From NCBI GenBank assembly GCA_040954595.2, contig CM082584.2:12995166-13059165 (forward strand): 64,000 bases of DNA, read 5' to 3'. The first letter of the stretch is position 1, and each line of letters starts with the position of its first letter. The position numbers were made by a program, and so were the translations under genes. The notes under the pieces were generated by a model. The model ran no database searches, was not told the DNA's origin, and saw only the letters and a list, made by a program, of their open reading frames with translations. Shown piece after piece: positions 12,054-23,100 of the stretch. The DNA comes from Balanoglossus misakiensis. Taxonomy: Eukaryota > Animalia > Hemichordata.

Positions 12054-14351
12054 GACCGTCTTTAATTTTGGCAAATAAAACATAAGAACATCGCAAAGTA
12101 ACTTTTAAAAAATTGAACTAAAATACTATAGGAACTAATCTGGCGATGAACAGAGAGTTAGTTCTCGCAGATACTGGTGATCTTCTTCCACACATAAATA
12201 ATTGTATTAAAACAGCTTACATATATTATACTTTTCTTCTATCCGACTTATTAACTTGCGTTACTCGTCAGTTTGATGTACTCTTGCTGAAGGTATTGGA
12301 ATCGGCCGAATTGTTGACAGTGCCACTGGCTGCATCCGGATGGGAAGACTTGATGATTTCGTGGCGTGAGCAACTTGAACGGTTAAAATAATGACACCCG
12401 CCAATCAGTCAACGGTCAATAGTCTACGTGTGAATGCAGTTGTACTACAACATCTTGAAAGGTACTTGCAAATATTTGATCTGGAAAGGATTGAGTTCGA
12501 GCGTCTCTTGATTGACTGGCCTTCAACGCCGACTGGAATATCATTGTTCTCCATGTCCCCGGCGACTTCTCGGAGTGGTACCGGCCTTTTTTCTGCTCGT
12601 ACGCCTTTAAACAAAATCACGCAGAACTCCGGGAAACTTGTCAGCTGTCTGAGTCTCTACCATAAAAAACATCGGTACCAGGCTCAGAATTCGCCTAGAC
12701 AGCAAACTTGTGAATTCTGAGTAGTCTCATATTACCACGTTTGAGTGGCCTTTTTATTTGCTCTGAGCTGAAACTGATTACAAGTGTCAAAAAGTCTGTT
12801 TATTCCATGATATGAGAAACGCTCACAGACAGAAGTGAGCTAAATGAGATGTGTTTTCCCCGATTTTGTCTTCCTGAGTGTAGAGTGGAAGAGTTCCTTA
12901 TACAGTCACTGAGGCCTGGGCATGTTACATGTCAAGATACCCCTTCTTGCCCTGCTGTCTCCCAAGATGGACCTGAAAATGTCATCCCCCGCGCTAGCTA
13001 AGATAAAGTACCTTGCAAACGCCAGTAGGTGATAACGGTCAAGAGTAGGGTCCACGAATGTATAATCTTTGCACAAACATTGCCGCATGACGAGCCAAAC
13101 AGTTGGTTGTGTGGCGTCGGAGAATGTTTGGTGTTGACGTGCCGTTGCAAGGGAGCAGCAACCTAGACGTACGTGCGCATGAGACCACGTCAGTGGGAAG
13201 GAATCGCGCACCTGTTCCAGTTTTATGTTGCTGTAGTTAGGCGTGTTCTTGTGTCGCAACAACCGACAAACACGTTTCGGTGGAAAACATTACTTTCTAC
13301 TTTCTCCATGGGTCAACTTTTAGAGTATTGTAAAGTTCTGGCCAATCGAATTTAAAAGTCTAGCAAAGAAGGTACACGCACAACAGAGTTAGAATATTGA
13401 AATATTTATTTCAGGCCAATAGGACTTCATAGCCGTTCAGCAATCGACAATGTCTTCTGGTCTGTGTTATGTTATTGATTGATTGGTTGATTGATTGATT
13501 GGTGGGACAGGAATCGCCTATTTTCAGTAGCTGGTTGACAAATGTGACCGGCTGAACAAACAAAACTCACTGATTTGATTTAAAAGAGTAATCAAATATT
13601 GGTTTACCGCATTAAGTCTGGTTCAAAAAGGTACATTGATGGGTTTTCATCCCAAATAGCTTCAAGCATAGGCTTACATCTTTGAAGGTTTTCAAACATA
13701 ATTGCGTAATTGTTATAACAGATCATTGTGTGACACAGGACGGGGTAGTTGAGCTAAGCTGCTCTTGGTCAAAAGCTGACACGTTTTGTCAAAAATCGGA
13801 CATTAACGGCTAAGCTGTACCAATATACGCTTTGTTACAGCTGTCAGGTCGGAACAGTGCTTGTTGTTCAATTTTTTATATGAGTTGTCCGTATAAACTT
13901 ATCCATGTATTTGGAGGAACATGGTTCTTAGGAGGTGAAAGGTAAGCCTAAACAAAAGTGGTGGTTAATGCACAAATATTCTTGACAGTGAATAGTACAG
14001 TAAAAGAACCGCCCCGTCCCGTTCCAAAGACCATACATGCCAGGCAGAACATAAGGAAACGTCGATGCAAAGTAAATGTTTTTAGCAAAGGACCGTTTAT
14101 AGTTGTTGCCACAGTAACACAGACATGACCCGTTGAGCACCAGACATTTCATCTCTCTCGTATCAAATTTCGGGTTCATGAAGTTCACGTTGGCTTGAGG
14201 TGGAGACTAGGTCAAGGCTTTTTCTTGTCAATGACCATTTATAGGTAAACAACTTGCATGAACGCACTAGTACTTCGAGAGCGTTTTGTTGGCTGTGAGT
14301 GCCATCATCAGCTGGTTCGCTCAACAGTTTGGGAGAAACATGTAGTGATTT

Positions 14352-14680
14352 CTTCAGAGGGCGCTATAATAGCAACTCTTTACTGAGCCCTGGTGTCCAG
14401 AGCACAAACTTTTGTCTATATGCAGAGTTTTCGTATCTTTACTGAGCAGAAATCATCGGGCAAGAACTTTACTAGCGATGGGTAAATATGCACAGCGCCA
14501 CCACCGCCACTTGAGAATACAGAAACCAAACAAACAAAAAAGATGGCTGCGCCCAATGGTAAATGTGCACAGCGCCACCACCGCCGCTGTTGATATAAGT
14601 TCTGTTCACTTGAGAATACAGAAACCAAACAAACAAAAAAGATGGCTGCGCCCATTTCACAGCGTGCGGCGAAAGATTAG
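14352..14680 (+). promoter_or_regulatory. Putative ASNSD1 promoter/TSS region
   Basis: CpG-containing stretch just upstream of the ATG, with two YY1-like AAGATGGCTGC motifs and CTCF-like motifs (cagagggcgcta; cagcgccacc twice). Confidence 0.45.
14478..14654 (+). repeat. Tandem duplication (78 and 99 bp) in the ASNSD1 promoter region
   Basis: Two copies of atg(g)gtaaat.tgcacagcgccaccaccgcc...cacttgagaatacagaaaccaaacaaacaaaaaagatggctgcgccca; the second copy carries a ~21-bp insertion. Confidence 0.85.
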
Positions 14681-14782
14681 ACAAAACTTTCTTCACTTTG
14701 AGACGACCTGTTTCGGTTATGGTACCCACAGCTGGTCCTGTCACACTCTATTGCCCCTTTGCATTAGACAGTCCCGAAAGAA

Positions 14783-14848
14783 ATGTGTGGAATATGTTTT
14801 GTTGTTCATGTCAGCGATGGAGCGTGCTCGGACCCGCAACACTTCCGG
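14783..14848 (+). CDS. ASNSD1: ASNSD1 coding exon 1
   Basis: [22 protein letters not shown]|gtatgc. Confidence 0.88.
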
Positions 14849-16731
14849 GTATGCATAAAGATGTGCTTTAGATTGTAGGACCATAGATGGTGCCACAGGC
14901 CCTCAAATTAACAACCCGGAGCCCTACTGATTACATTTCGCAGTTGTTTCAGTGCCCGGTATCACTGGAGCTTCGCGGTTGTTTAAGGGCCTATGGTCTG
15001 TGTGTGTGTGTGTGGGGGGGGGGGGGGGCGTGGCGGCCCGTCAACTTGAACTCGCAAGCAACATTATTTGTAAAGTAACTTCTGCAGCAATGCAGTTTTC
15101 GGATGTTTTTTTTATCAATTGTTAATTTCCTCTTTTTTCATATAGACATGTGATGAAAAAGTGTGTAAGAATCTTGAACGAAGAGGACCAGATCAGTCCA
15201 ACGCAGTGAAGAGAAGTATCATTTTTGACAATGGCACATCATGTTGTATGAGCCTTTATGGCCATGTTTTACATCTGAGAGGTTCTCTAACACCCCAGCC
15301 GCTGGAAGATGACTCTGGAAATGTCCTCTTGTGGAATGGTGAAATCTTTGGTGGCGTTGAGGTGAGATTACCATGTAGCATGTTACATGTACTTAGACCA
15401 GTGATTTGTAGTACACATTCAAATAAAGGAGATATGCAAACTTACATTTCAGTCAAACATTTAATTTTGGTCATCATCCAATATGCATCTGTTTTGAAAA
15501 TGACAATGTTTTAATTTTTTCCAGGTTCCAGAAGATGCTAATGACGGTGTTGTACTTCTCCGACTTCTTAATCAGAGTAATGATGTGAAACATGTACTTC
15601 AGACCGTAGCCACAATTCAAGGGCCTTGGAGTTTCATCTATTGGCAAGTAAGTTTATTTTATCAACATAGTTACACCATGCCACACTGGTAACAGCCAGT
15701 GAGTGAACAGAGACTATATGAGGTCAGTCATAGACAAAGAGAATGTCTTAGAAGGAGTCTTCTAGATTTTCATGCACATCTCTCTAACAATAAGATGATC
15801 TTTCCAATCAGGCAGGAACAAAGAAGTTGTGGTTCGGACGGGACTTCTTCGGGCGCAGAAGTCTTTTGTGGCATTTCCCATCTACTCACGATGATTTCTT
15901 CTGTCTCACTTCGGTTGCTTGCAGACCTTCTGAAATGAATCCAGTGGTAGGTCATGGAATCAGATATCTTCTGTAGCGCAAGAATTACAGTGCAATTTGT
16001 ATGGCAATGTTACAATCTAACTTAGATGAGTCAGTCACTGCACAGCTAGCCTTTCAAGATTAAAATGTGTGGCATAGTTACCTTTTATGATTTCTTTCCA
16101 TCTCACTTGACTCATACAGTTCCCCTCATAATATTTTCTTTACTTGCAGCACTGGAAAGAGATCCCTGCTGATGGTATTTACAACATTGATTTCAGTGAT
16201 TGCCCTCTGAAAGATGAATTCCCAAAGGAAATCTCAAGATATCCTTGGATGTGGGGTTCATCAAGTGAGGTAGATGATAAAGATACTGGACTGGTATCTG
16301 ACGGCATTGCCAGTGAAGATGCTGGTTCAAGCAAAAAATTAACATCAGAGACACTGGCCGGAAGTGACAGTTCTGCCAAAGGTCAAAGATCATGCCATTT
16401 ACATAGAGACAAGGTAGTTGATATTGAGCAATGGAAAAAATCGTTTCTTGGCAGTGACTCAGGGCCAAGTTCAGATGTCACACCAGAAGGAGTTAGATTT
16501 GTTACTGCAACTTTTGGGATTTTATCTCCTGTGAAACCATTCAGTCGAATTTTACCCGCTTCATTGCAATCAAGGAGTTATCCCATCTGTAATACATCAA
16601 CATCTTCCAGCAGTTCATCCTCAACATCATCTGCCTCAGTGTCAACGTACACATCCTCCTCCTCCTCCTCCTCCTCATCATCATCATCATCATTGTCATC
16701 ATCATCAGCATCATCATCATCGTCATCGTCG

Positions 16732-16777
<46 letters not shown>

Positions 16778-19468
16778 TGTTGCCATCATCTCAATCAATG
16801 GTTGAAAAATCAACAAGCAAACCTCCATCATCAGTTGCCACAGAAAATGAGTTAGCTGACTCTGTGAGAAATACTCTTGCTGTGAAAGAGGATGAGGTGG
16901 TCAGGACTGATGTACTGTCAAATGCAAGTGTGGAAACTGCAGCTCTAGCAGAACAGCTTATCAATGTACTTGGGGAATCTGTCCGCAAGCGAGTGTTCAA
17001 CCTGCCAAGGACACGTGTTGTGCCTGGCAACCATAGAGATGACACAAACTCAGAAGTTGGACATGATAGTGAAGAGAGTGTAGTGACTGCTTTAGCTGAC
17101 AAGCATGGGGATGAGATTTTGGCCAAATCTGCAGAGGGTTGCCATGGGAAGAGAAGAAGCAGCTCCACATCTCAAGAAGGAGGTTTTCCAGAGGTTAAAC
17201 CCGCACATGTTGCTGTGTTATTCAGTGGTGGTTTGGATTCAATAGTCATTGCTGCTCTGGCCGATAGGTAAGTGTGTCCTAGCAACTTTTGATAATATGT
17301 CTGTGAATGCCTGTACAAGTGTTATGTGTTTCTTAGCCATGTGTCAGAAGTCGGCAGCAAGTTTGACAGGTATATGGTCAAGGGCGCCCTCATATGGCCA
17401 ACATGGAAAGAACATGAAAGTTGAGATAAAAACGTTCGTAAAAAGACACAAAAAAGGATAATAGAAGTATATTTATCTTCATCTTTGATTAATGTTCCTG
17501 TATTTTTTCTGCATATTTCTTTTATCCTGCAAAATTCTAGATTTCTACCGTGTGATGAGCCTATTGATCTGTTGAATGTTGCATTTCACCAACAAAAGAA
17601 AGAAAGCGTCATCAAGAAAGGAAAGACAAAGTCTGTAGAACAGTAAGTAATATTCTATGGTCTCCATGAAATTTACTCTCCCTCTTGTCACATTATGATA
17701 CTTTCATTGATTTTGATTCCTTGGAATAATTATCTTTTTTTGTATTTAATAGGAAAGATCCGTACATGGTACCAGACAGAATAACTGGTAGAGCCGGGCT
17801 TCTTGAATTGCAGAGTTTGAATCCAGATAGGCAGTGGAATTTTATCGAGGTATACCCCTCGTAAAATGCTCAACATTGTTGACTGTTGAAAGTTTGTTAA
17901 TCAATGCTGACCCAGTTTATAAACAGTGGTTCACTGAACCATTAGAAACCAATAAATTTTTCTGTCCATATTTCAGGTCAATGTAACATTGGATGAATTG
18001 AAGGAAATAAGGTAAAATACTGTGAAGTGTAAAGCATATATATAGGAGTATTTGGCTTGAAATTATGTGCCATTGAATCATCAATTATTGCCCTAATCAC
18101 GAAAGGTTTTCACACACAAAATGTAAGTCAACCAACAACAATAGTTTGCTGTGCTTAAGGAGGCAACAGACTCCATTCAAAGACAGTGATCATGATGTAA
18201 CCATGGTAATGTGTCTTTAATTGAGGCTGTAGTTCTCTCATATTCTAAAACTTGCCTTCAGGCAGGAGACAATAAGTGACCTGGTGTATCCATTGGAGAC
18301 GGTCCTTGACGATAGCATTGGTTGTGCAGTTTGGTTTGCTGCAAAGGGTTCTGGGATATTACTCAATCCACATGACAAGGAAAGTGCAGCTGGGCATGCT
18401 GGGAAATCATACACAAGCAAAGCCAGGGTAAAACAAAATGGATCTACGTTTACAGTCAACAAAATTTGTGAAATGAATAGAAGATTCAGATTAGACTGCA
18501 TTGCACAATTATATGGATTATGGCAGACATTTGAATGTTATTCCTGTGGTTGTGTTTTTACTTCTTGTGTTTTTTTTTTGTATAATGGTGACCATGTTTA
18601 ACATGAGTTAGTCTGTTTGATGACGGCCAAAAATAATGCTGATTATGTACTGAGTTGTATGATTTTTTTCAACAGGTCATTCTTGTCGGCATGGGAGCTG
18701 ATGAACAGTTAGCTGGCTACTCAAGACACAGGTCACGATTCCAGTAAGTTGTGAAAGAAAGTGTGAATTCCTTCCACCAGTCAGAATTCTGTTTCTGCCA
18801 ATCAGTTGGACTGGCGGATTGACTCCCTTTCTGCATTTTTCTCCATTAGATCTGAAGGCTGGCATGGTCTGATAAGTGAAATAGAAATGGAAATAAAGAG
18901 GATATCTTCAAGAAATCTTGGCAGAGATGACAGGTATGAATATGAGATGATATTACAAATGTAGCAATGAATTGCTGGATTCATCTAATTTCTACTATTT
19001 TCCCCAAATACTGCTAAAATTTATCTGCTTTTGTTATTTTTGTTTATAGAATCATCTCAGATCACGGCCGAGAATCCAGATTTCCTTTTCTTGATGAGCA
19101 GGTGGTGTCATTTCTGAACAGTCTTCCTATTCACAAAAAGGTATGTCAATAGTTTTCCTTTCCTTATCACAAGTTAGAGAAAAATGTATACACTGCATTT
19201 GGCTTTCTCTTGTAAAACCTTAATGTATCAAGTAAAAACAGCTTTTAAGATGTTGAATAAAACTGAGGCTAACTGATCTGATTTTCAGGTGGACCTCAGT
19301 TTGCCCCGTGGGATCGGTGAGAAGCATCTGCTGAGAGTTGCAGCCCGACAGCTTGGACTCACTGCCTCAGCCAGTCTTCCAAAGAGAGCTATTCAGTTTG
19401 GATCTCGCATCGCTAAAATGGAAAATAACCACGAGAAGGCCTCAGATAGATGCAGCAGATTACTTTGA
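14783..19468 (+). CDS. ASNSD1: Asparagine synthetase domain-containing protein 1, 13 coding exons, 826 aa
   Basis: join(14783..14848,15146..15361,15525..15647,15812..15946,16150..17267,17541..17642,17753..17849,17977..18011,18262..18427,18676..18743,18850..18933,19050..19140,19289..19468) = 2481 nt, all GT-AG and phase-consistent. Motifs: MCGIC N-terminus (Ntn class II GATase), [28 protein letters not shown]-loop [72 protein letters not shown]. Confidence 0.95.
15146..15361 (+). CDS. ASNSD1: ASNSD1 coding exon 2
   Basis: tatag|ACA...; [26 protein letters not shown]|gtgag. Confidence 0.92.
15525..15647 (+). CDS. ASNSD1: ASNSD1 coding exon 3
   Basis: ccag|VPEDAND...[11 protein letters not shown]|gtaagt. 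Confidence 0.92.
15812..15946 (+). CDS. ASNSD1: ASNSD1 coding exon 4
   Basis: tcag|[22 protein letters not shown]...NPV|gtaggt. Confidence 0.88.
16150..17267 (+). CDS. ASNSD1: ASNSD1 coding exon 5 (long low-complexity linker plus PP-loop)
   Basis: ttgcag|[11 protein letters not shown]...[20 protein letters not shown]|gtaagt. Confidence 0.92.
16654..16776 (+). repeat. Coding (TCC/TCA)n microsatellite encoding a poly-serine tract
   Basis: 41 codons, 39 of them Ser, in frame within ASNSD1 exon 5. Confidence 0.95.
17541..17642 (+). CDS. ASNSD1: ASNSD1 coding exon 6
   Basis: [15 protein letters not shown]; ctag| acceptor, |gtaagt donor. Confidence 0.9.
17753..17849 (+). CDS. ASNSD1: ASNSD1 coding exon 7
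   Basis: [27 protein letters not shown]|gtatac. Confidence 0.9.
17977..18011 (+). CDS. ASNSD1: ASNSD1 coding exon 8 (35 nt)
   Basis: tttcag|[12 protein letters not shown]|gtaaaa; needed for phase continuity. Confidence 0.85.
18262..18427 (+). CDS. ASNSD1: ASNSD1 coding exon 9
   Basis: [23 protein letters not shown]...YTSKAR|gtaaaa. Confidence 0.9.
18676..18743 (+). CDS. ASNSD1: ASNSD1 coding exon 10
   Basis: [22 protein letters not shown]|gtaagt. Confidence 0.92.
18850..18933 (+). CDS. ASNSD1: ASNSD1 coding exon 11
   Basis: [26 protein letters not shown]|gtatga. Confidence 0.92.
19050..19140 (+). CDS. ASNSD1: ASNSD1 coding exon 12
   Basis: [30 protein letters not shown]|gtatgt. Confidence 0.92.
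19289..19468 (+). CDS. ASNSD1: ASNSD1 coding exon 13 (terminal)
   Basis: [16 protein letters not shown]...[30 protein letters not shown]. Confidence 0.92.
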   Translation: MDLSLPRGIGEKHLLRVAARQLGLTASASLPKRAIQFGSRIAKMENNHEKASDRCSRLL

Positions 19469-19629
19469 GTGATAGACGTTTGTGAAGCTTGTGTTGCTGA
19501 ATATTGACAACATTATGGCCAACTTTCAGTTTTGCTGAATGAGCATCATTTAATCTTTCTCAGTTTTTTTCCGGATTTTTACATTGTGGATTCTTAACTT
19601 ATAAATAATAGAAAATTTGATGGCATTTT

Positions 19630-19635
19630 AATAAA
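19630..19635 (+). terminator. Probable ASNSD1 polyadenylation signal
   Basis: AATAAA ~160 nt after the stop codon, followed by GT-rich sequence. Confidence 0.5.
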
Positions 19636-19879
19636 GCATGAAATAACAGACTCTTGATGTTTAATGTCATTGTGTACGTCCTGTTCCCATGTTTAGTGGT
19701 ATGATTTCATATAATACTACTGTAAACCTGACTAAATCGAACCCTGTCTATTAAATCTGGAGACCTATCTATAGCAAAATTCTTTTTCAATCCCTCTCAT
19801 ATAAAAACCACATGTTAAAAGAACCTCTATAAACCGGACACCTATGCAAACCAAACGAACCGTCGCAGAAAACTTTGAC

Positions 19880-20180
19880 CAATCAAATTGGCCATGTGTG
19901 ACATCATTTACATCCGGGTCAGTGACCTTTCGGTACTGAAGAGGTCATTCAAGCAAGCTGCGTGAAATCAAAATCTCAGACGTGCATTCGGCTCTTATGG
20001 TTGATGACTGATTGATCTCCTCCTGATGAACAGAATTAAGTCCGCTTGGACAAGCGGAGTCGGTAAGTCTGTCTCGATTACTTGGCGATTCATTTTAGGG
20101 TCGTTTGATGACCAGGACGAGGCTGTGCTGTCTGCAAGCTGTCTGCTACCGACCGACTGCTCGTGCCAACATGGCGATCA
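19880..20180 (+). promoter_or_regulatory. Putative promoter and first exon (donor at 20062), probably of the KANK gene
   Basis: Local CpG enrichment, CCAAT/ATTGG near 19880, strong donor GTCG|gtaagt at 20062/20063 and YY1-like CCAACATGGCG at 20166. I recognised no other gene between here and KANK. Confidence 0.45.
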
Positions 20181-23100
20181 GGTTGTCCATTTTTTGTTGA
20201 GTGCGGATTTCTTGTTACGATATGCATAAGCTAATGCATAAGCTCATCTTGAAACATTATGCTGAAACGAAAGCGTCATGATATCGGAATGCATACAGGT
20301 CCCGGGGCCTGACAGAAGTTTTTGAATCGCCTGGCAACAGTTCTTTCGTTTTTTGCAACCTTTGGCTTTGCGGGCGACTTCAATATTGTTGGGTGTTATC
20401 ACCTTGTGAAGTCTTTTGTACAGCCTTGGGTGCCCAGTCAGAAAGCCTGTCCGTCTGCACAATAGAAGAAAGTCCACTAGAATGTTGCTATAGCGATATA
20501 CAACAAAATGTCCGTTGCCATGGCACCGTATATATTTTAGCACCCTATTAGCATAAATCTCATTAGCATACATAAACAAAAGCTTAGTCACTGTCCTCTC
20601 ATTTACATACATGCAGCATTAACATAATGGACAGGCTTGTTCAAGAATGATGCATCGAAATAAACAAGTTATGATTGTTTGTCAAGATACTTCTCAATCA
20701 TCAATGAAAAAAAAATTTGTTGGCTGCTTTGTTGACCTTGATATGTTGTAAGAACTGTGAATAAAGTTTTTTTAATCTCATGGGGTATATTTGTGATTGT
20801 TCAATTTGTTCCGGAGAATTTGTGAAGTTAGTTTTCGAATAATGAAGTCCAATGACAGAAAAACCCATATGTCCCAAGTTTGAATAAGAACTTCTCATGC
20901 ATGATGCATGCATGTACCAGTGTTCTCCCCTGAACAAATTAGGAGTACCGGTATCGACCGATACCCTTTAATTTTGGGGGAAGAATGGAAACTCATTAGT
21001 AATTCCCCCTAACCTTCCCCTCCCCCAAAACAAATCTTTGTCAATGTGATCAGGTAACAGACAAACATCAGTGGCAGGCCATTACCCACATATGTGCAAA
21101 TCCAACACTGATGTTTCCCTAGTTACCTGGTATTTCTCAAGGCATTATCTGATAAAATATTTTAATTGCCTTCTGAAAGTGCCCTGTATTTGTGTGTTTA
21201 TTGGAAACTCTTCACCAAAGTATAATAGTTGTACTTTGCACAACAGATCATTATCCATCACCCATCCCATAAAGGCATTAAACTCTGTTTGCTGTTTTTG
21301 ACTTGGTTATTGACTTGAAGTCTGTGGTCAGATTGATACAACAGAAGTACTGATACCACTCACCTAATTGGTGGATAGAATTAGAAAATCCCAAGGACCA
21401 TTGCTACTGTCTTCCTTTGAACAAAGATCATTCAGACTTTGTTTTCCCATTTTGAAATATAAAATGAGATCTTTTGATTGATTGATTTCATCAAATGTGA
21501 CACAAGAACTACTGAGCAAAGCACAGTTACCCTTTTGGCTAACTCTGCCCCGATCCATGTAACCAAACAATTGGCCAAACTCAGCTACATGTAGCAATAG
21601 AGGAGCTTATGGTTGTCAGCAACCACACAATGCTACGCTGGTTTTTCTTTGAAAATCCAGACATCTGGTCTTGCAAAAGATGAAACAAATGAACAATACC
21701 AGTAGTGTTGGATTGTCGTGTGAACAGGTTCAGTTCAATTCCATTTGCATGTAACTGTTTATTGAAACTGAAAACCAGGGTATTTCCAAAGTCAACTCTA
21801 AATACCAAGACCTTTGTGTTCAGATTAAGTTTGGTTTCGTGTGTATACAGGTCTTAGGGTTTAGATTCTCACTCTGTTTGGCAAGCCTTGGTGGCAATGT
21901 TTGTCTGTTTCATTGCATTGTGTGTGGAGTTCCAAACCATGGAATGTACATTGCTGGTGATTGACAGATAATATGATTATCAATATAAAAAAGAAAAGTT
22001 TGATTATGTGAGCACTTTGTATATGTAACAGCAGCACTTTGTACATGTAATAGATTTTCTTTTGTTCTCTTGATATGGAAGAGCCATGCTCGGTAGGCAG
22101 TGGTTGCACACACATGTACAAGTCAATACAGATCAGAAATATAAGTTTCCTACTGGGTAATAGCTCTGGGCTAAACATATAAACAATAGCACAAGCTATA
22201 AACCAGACTACAGATTACAATAGACAGACTGCATAACAAAATGTATGCAGTAAGCTAACGCTGAATGCATGATCTGTACTGTACATCTATGTACCTCACA
22301 TATCCATTCTAGGCTCTGTTAATACATGTACATTTGTACCTGCTGTAGTCTTGTTCTGGCATGCTGTTTGAGTCAGACTGAATAAAGCAAAAAAAAATCT
22401 TTGATCAGTATAATGAGTTGTCTTACTGCCTGATTGGACTCTAATGAACAACATGATGGATTACTTGTAGCTTTCAGACAAAAAAATAAAAGAAAAAGAT
22501 AAAAGAAAAGTTGGATTTGAAGGTTGGCAAAGGTTTCTGGATCAGTGCCAGTGACTGGGGTATTGTTATAGTGGCCAGGTAGTCTGAGCCTGCCTGCACG
22601 TATAACACAGACAAATGTTGAAAGGGGTAAGTTTCTTTTGCGTCGGTGGTTACAGTTTGCATGAGGTGATCAGTTTGTAGATCCCGAGGTGCAAAGGCTA
22701 TCGTCGGAGGAGAATCATTGTGATTGAGCTTTGCTGAAAGCTGTGCATGCAAGTAAGTGAGAAACGAGCAGAATTTGGTCGTCAGGAGGTCGTTTTACAA
22801 TACATATTTATGCTGTAAAATGCAGGTGATGTTGTGTCAGGAATATGCTGCATGGATACTTGGCAAGGGCGGGTGGGTGAGTGGTATAATTGTTGTGTGT
22901 GTGCATTGATACCCTGACAGAGGTGCGTGGCATTCTAGATATGAAAGTTACACCCTCTTATCTGAATTGAGGTCCTCTTGCTAATGGAAGGAAAAACAGT
23001 GCGGGTGGTTGGAGAATGAGCTTGCTGTGACAAACGGAGACAGATATAGTTTGCTGTTAGCTTTGTTGTTGTCTAGGGGGTACATTGTTAATGTTTGTAA

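Noticed and set aside
12146-12720. Abutting plus-strand ORFs (81 and 109 aa) with overlapping stop/start TAATG
   Set aside because: No recognisable homology, splice structure or promoter; lengths are within chance expectation.
13173-13355. RRVLVSQQPTNTF as a possible ASDURF remnant
   Set aside because: Similarity to the remembered ASDURF core (RKVYRQQQNSNIFFL) is too weak, and flanking coiled-coil helices and matching splice sites are absent.
16541-16831. Minus-strand ORF with poly-Met
   Set aside because: Antisense reading of the ASNSD1 (TCA)n poly-Ser repeat.
19715-19865. Possible decayed pogo/Tigger-like MITE fragment (ctgtaaacctg...aaaccggacacc)
   Set aside because: Only one degenerate end is visible, with no matching inverted terminus or TSD.
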